Source of the DNA: Squalus acanthias
Lineage: Eukaryota
Direction of reading: 5' to 3'
DNA: 64,000 nt
Assembly: GCA_030390025.1 (NCBI GenBank)
Contig: CM059433.1
Coordinates: 3,162,001-3,226,000 of the forward strand
Shown here: one piece after another, positions 63,061 to 64,000 of the stretch
Position numbering within the stretch: position 1 is the stretch's first letter
How the letters are laid out: every line of letters starts with the position of its first letter
Made by a program: the position numbers and the translations under genes
Notes under the pieces: model-generated
Databases searched by the model: none
Seen by the model: only the letters and a program-made list of their open reading frames with translations
What the model was told of the DNA's origin: nothing

Positions 63061-63749
63061 AATGTTAGCGTAGATTGAACTGCTAACTCCGAATACTTCA
63101 GCAGTTTTGCCATCTTAGCTGTTTTAACCCTGTTCCCTTACACTTTGGGGTTTTAATATGAACCCCAATCACACCAGCAGAAATCACTGGCCAGGAAACT
63201 CCTCGGATCTGCTCCCGCTTCGCTGGTGTTACTTTGCCAGAAATGCAGCTTCACACTTCTGGTGAAGTGCTGCCAGCGAAGCAGGAACCGATCCGGGGAA
63301 TTTCCCGGCCAGATCTGTGACAATGCAACTTCACGGGATGGGGGTGCAAGCGGGGTGCGGGATAAACAATCTTCCACAGACAGAGCTAGAATGGGTCTGT
63401 CATTAGGGTAGAACAGGGACTAATGAATCGTTGGGCTGCTTCGGAGGAGGTAAAATATAAGTTTATTATTTATATGCAAACATTGAGGACCCATGAGTGC
63501 AGATGCAATTATTAATTTATTGCTCAATTTAAGATGACACCAAGCAAACAGCAACACAAAAATCCGAGTAGGGCAAAGTAAACAAACTTTCCAGAAAAGT
63601 GCCGAGCACGGTACAATGAAGTAACTTTTGAGGCAGCGACAAGCTTTTAAACAGAGTGCTGCTTATCTATTCCCTCTGAACAGTGAGTGAACCCAAGGCT
63701 TTGATGCAGGGGCTCCACAGAGCTGCAGGACTCTGAGCAAAGAATATTT
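62730..63749. repeat. Inverted duplication: 62730-62926 vs 63553-63749
   Basis: 197 bp with 7 mismatches by manual alignment. Confidence 0.93.
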
Positions 63750-64000
63750 GAACAGATTTTGAAGCAGGGTCAGAGGGGCAACGCTGACTTGCTGCGATTT
63801 CTTGATTTCTCTGTGGCAGTGGGGACCCCAGGGCCAGGAGCTCTTCCAAAGAGAAATTAATGCTGCACAAACCAGGAGCAAGTTTGTTTTAACTGAAAGT
63901 AACACATTTAAACAGAGGAGTATCGAAACTACCTGTGAGCTGCAACTGTTTGCAGGGGATGCTTGAGTTTTAGAGATAGCAAACTCGGGCGTCAGTCTGA

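Noticed and set aside
63663..63905. Possible coding remnant in the donor of the inverted duplication
   Set aside because: Short frames on both strands with no motif I can identify.

Overview
Eukaryotic, repeat-dense, intronic or intergenic DNA with no recognisable host gene. The repeats point to a cartilaginous fish, most likely a shark: an HE1/V-SINE, SacSINE1-like DeuSINEs, and CR1, L2 and RTE LINEs. The window is a nested stack of elements: many CR1 fragments; L2, RTE and a second CR1/L2-group LINE family; seven PIF/Harbinger copies or fragments (DDE transposase plus spliced Myb/SANT gene); several MITEs; two solo LTRs with clean TSDs; and Penelope-like pieces with hammerhead ribozyme motifs. 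Most notable are (i) complementary Myb-only and transposase-only Harbinger derivatives, where two diverged Myb-retaining copies share nearly the same transposase deletion and one keeps an open spliced ORF; (ii) a LINE whose endonuclease directly follows a tRNA-derived SINE-like head with no ORF1; (iii) a MITE family with covarying hairpins and a promoter/splice-donor cassette; (iv) hammerhead-bearing Penelope copies that both sit inside DeuSINEs; and (v) a local inverted templated insertion. Family names come from recognising motifs by eye, not from database searches. Boundaries without a TSD are approximate.
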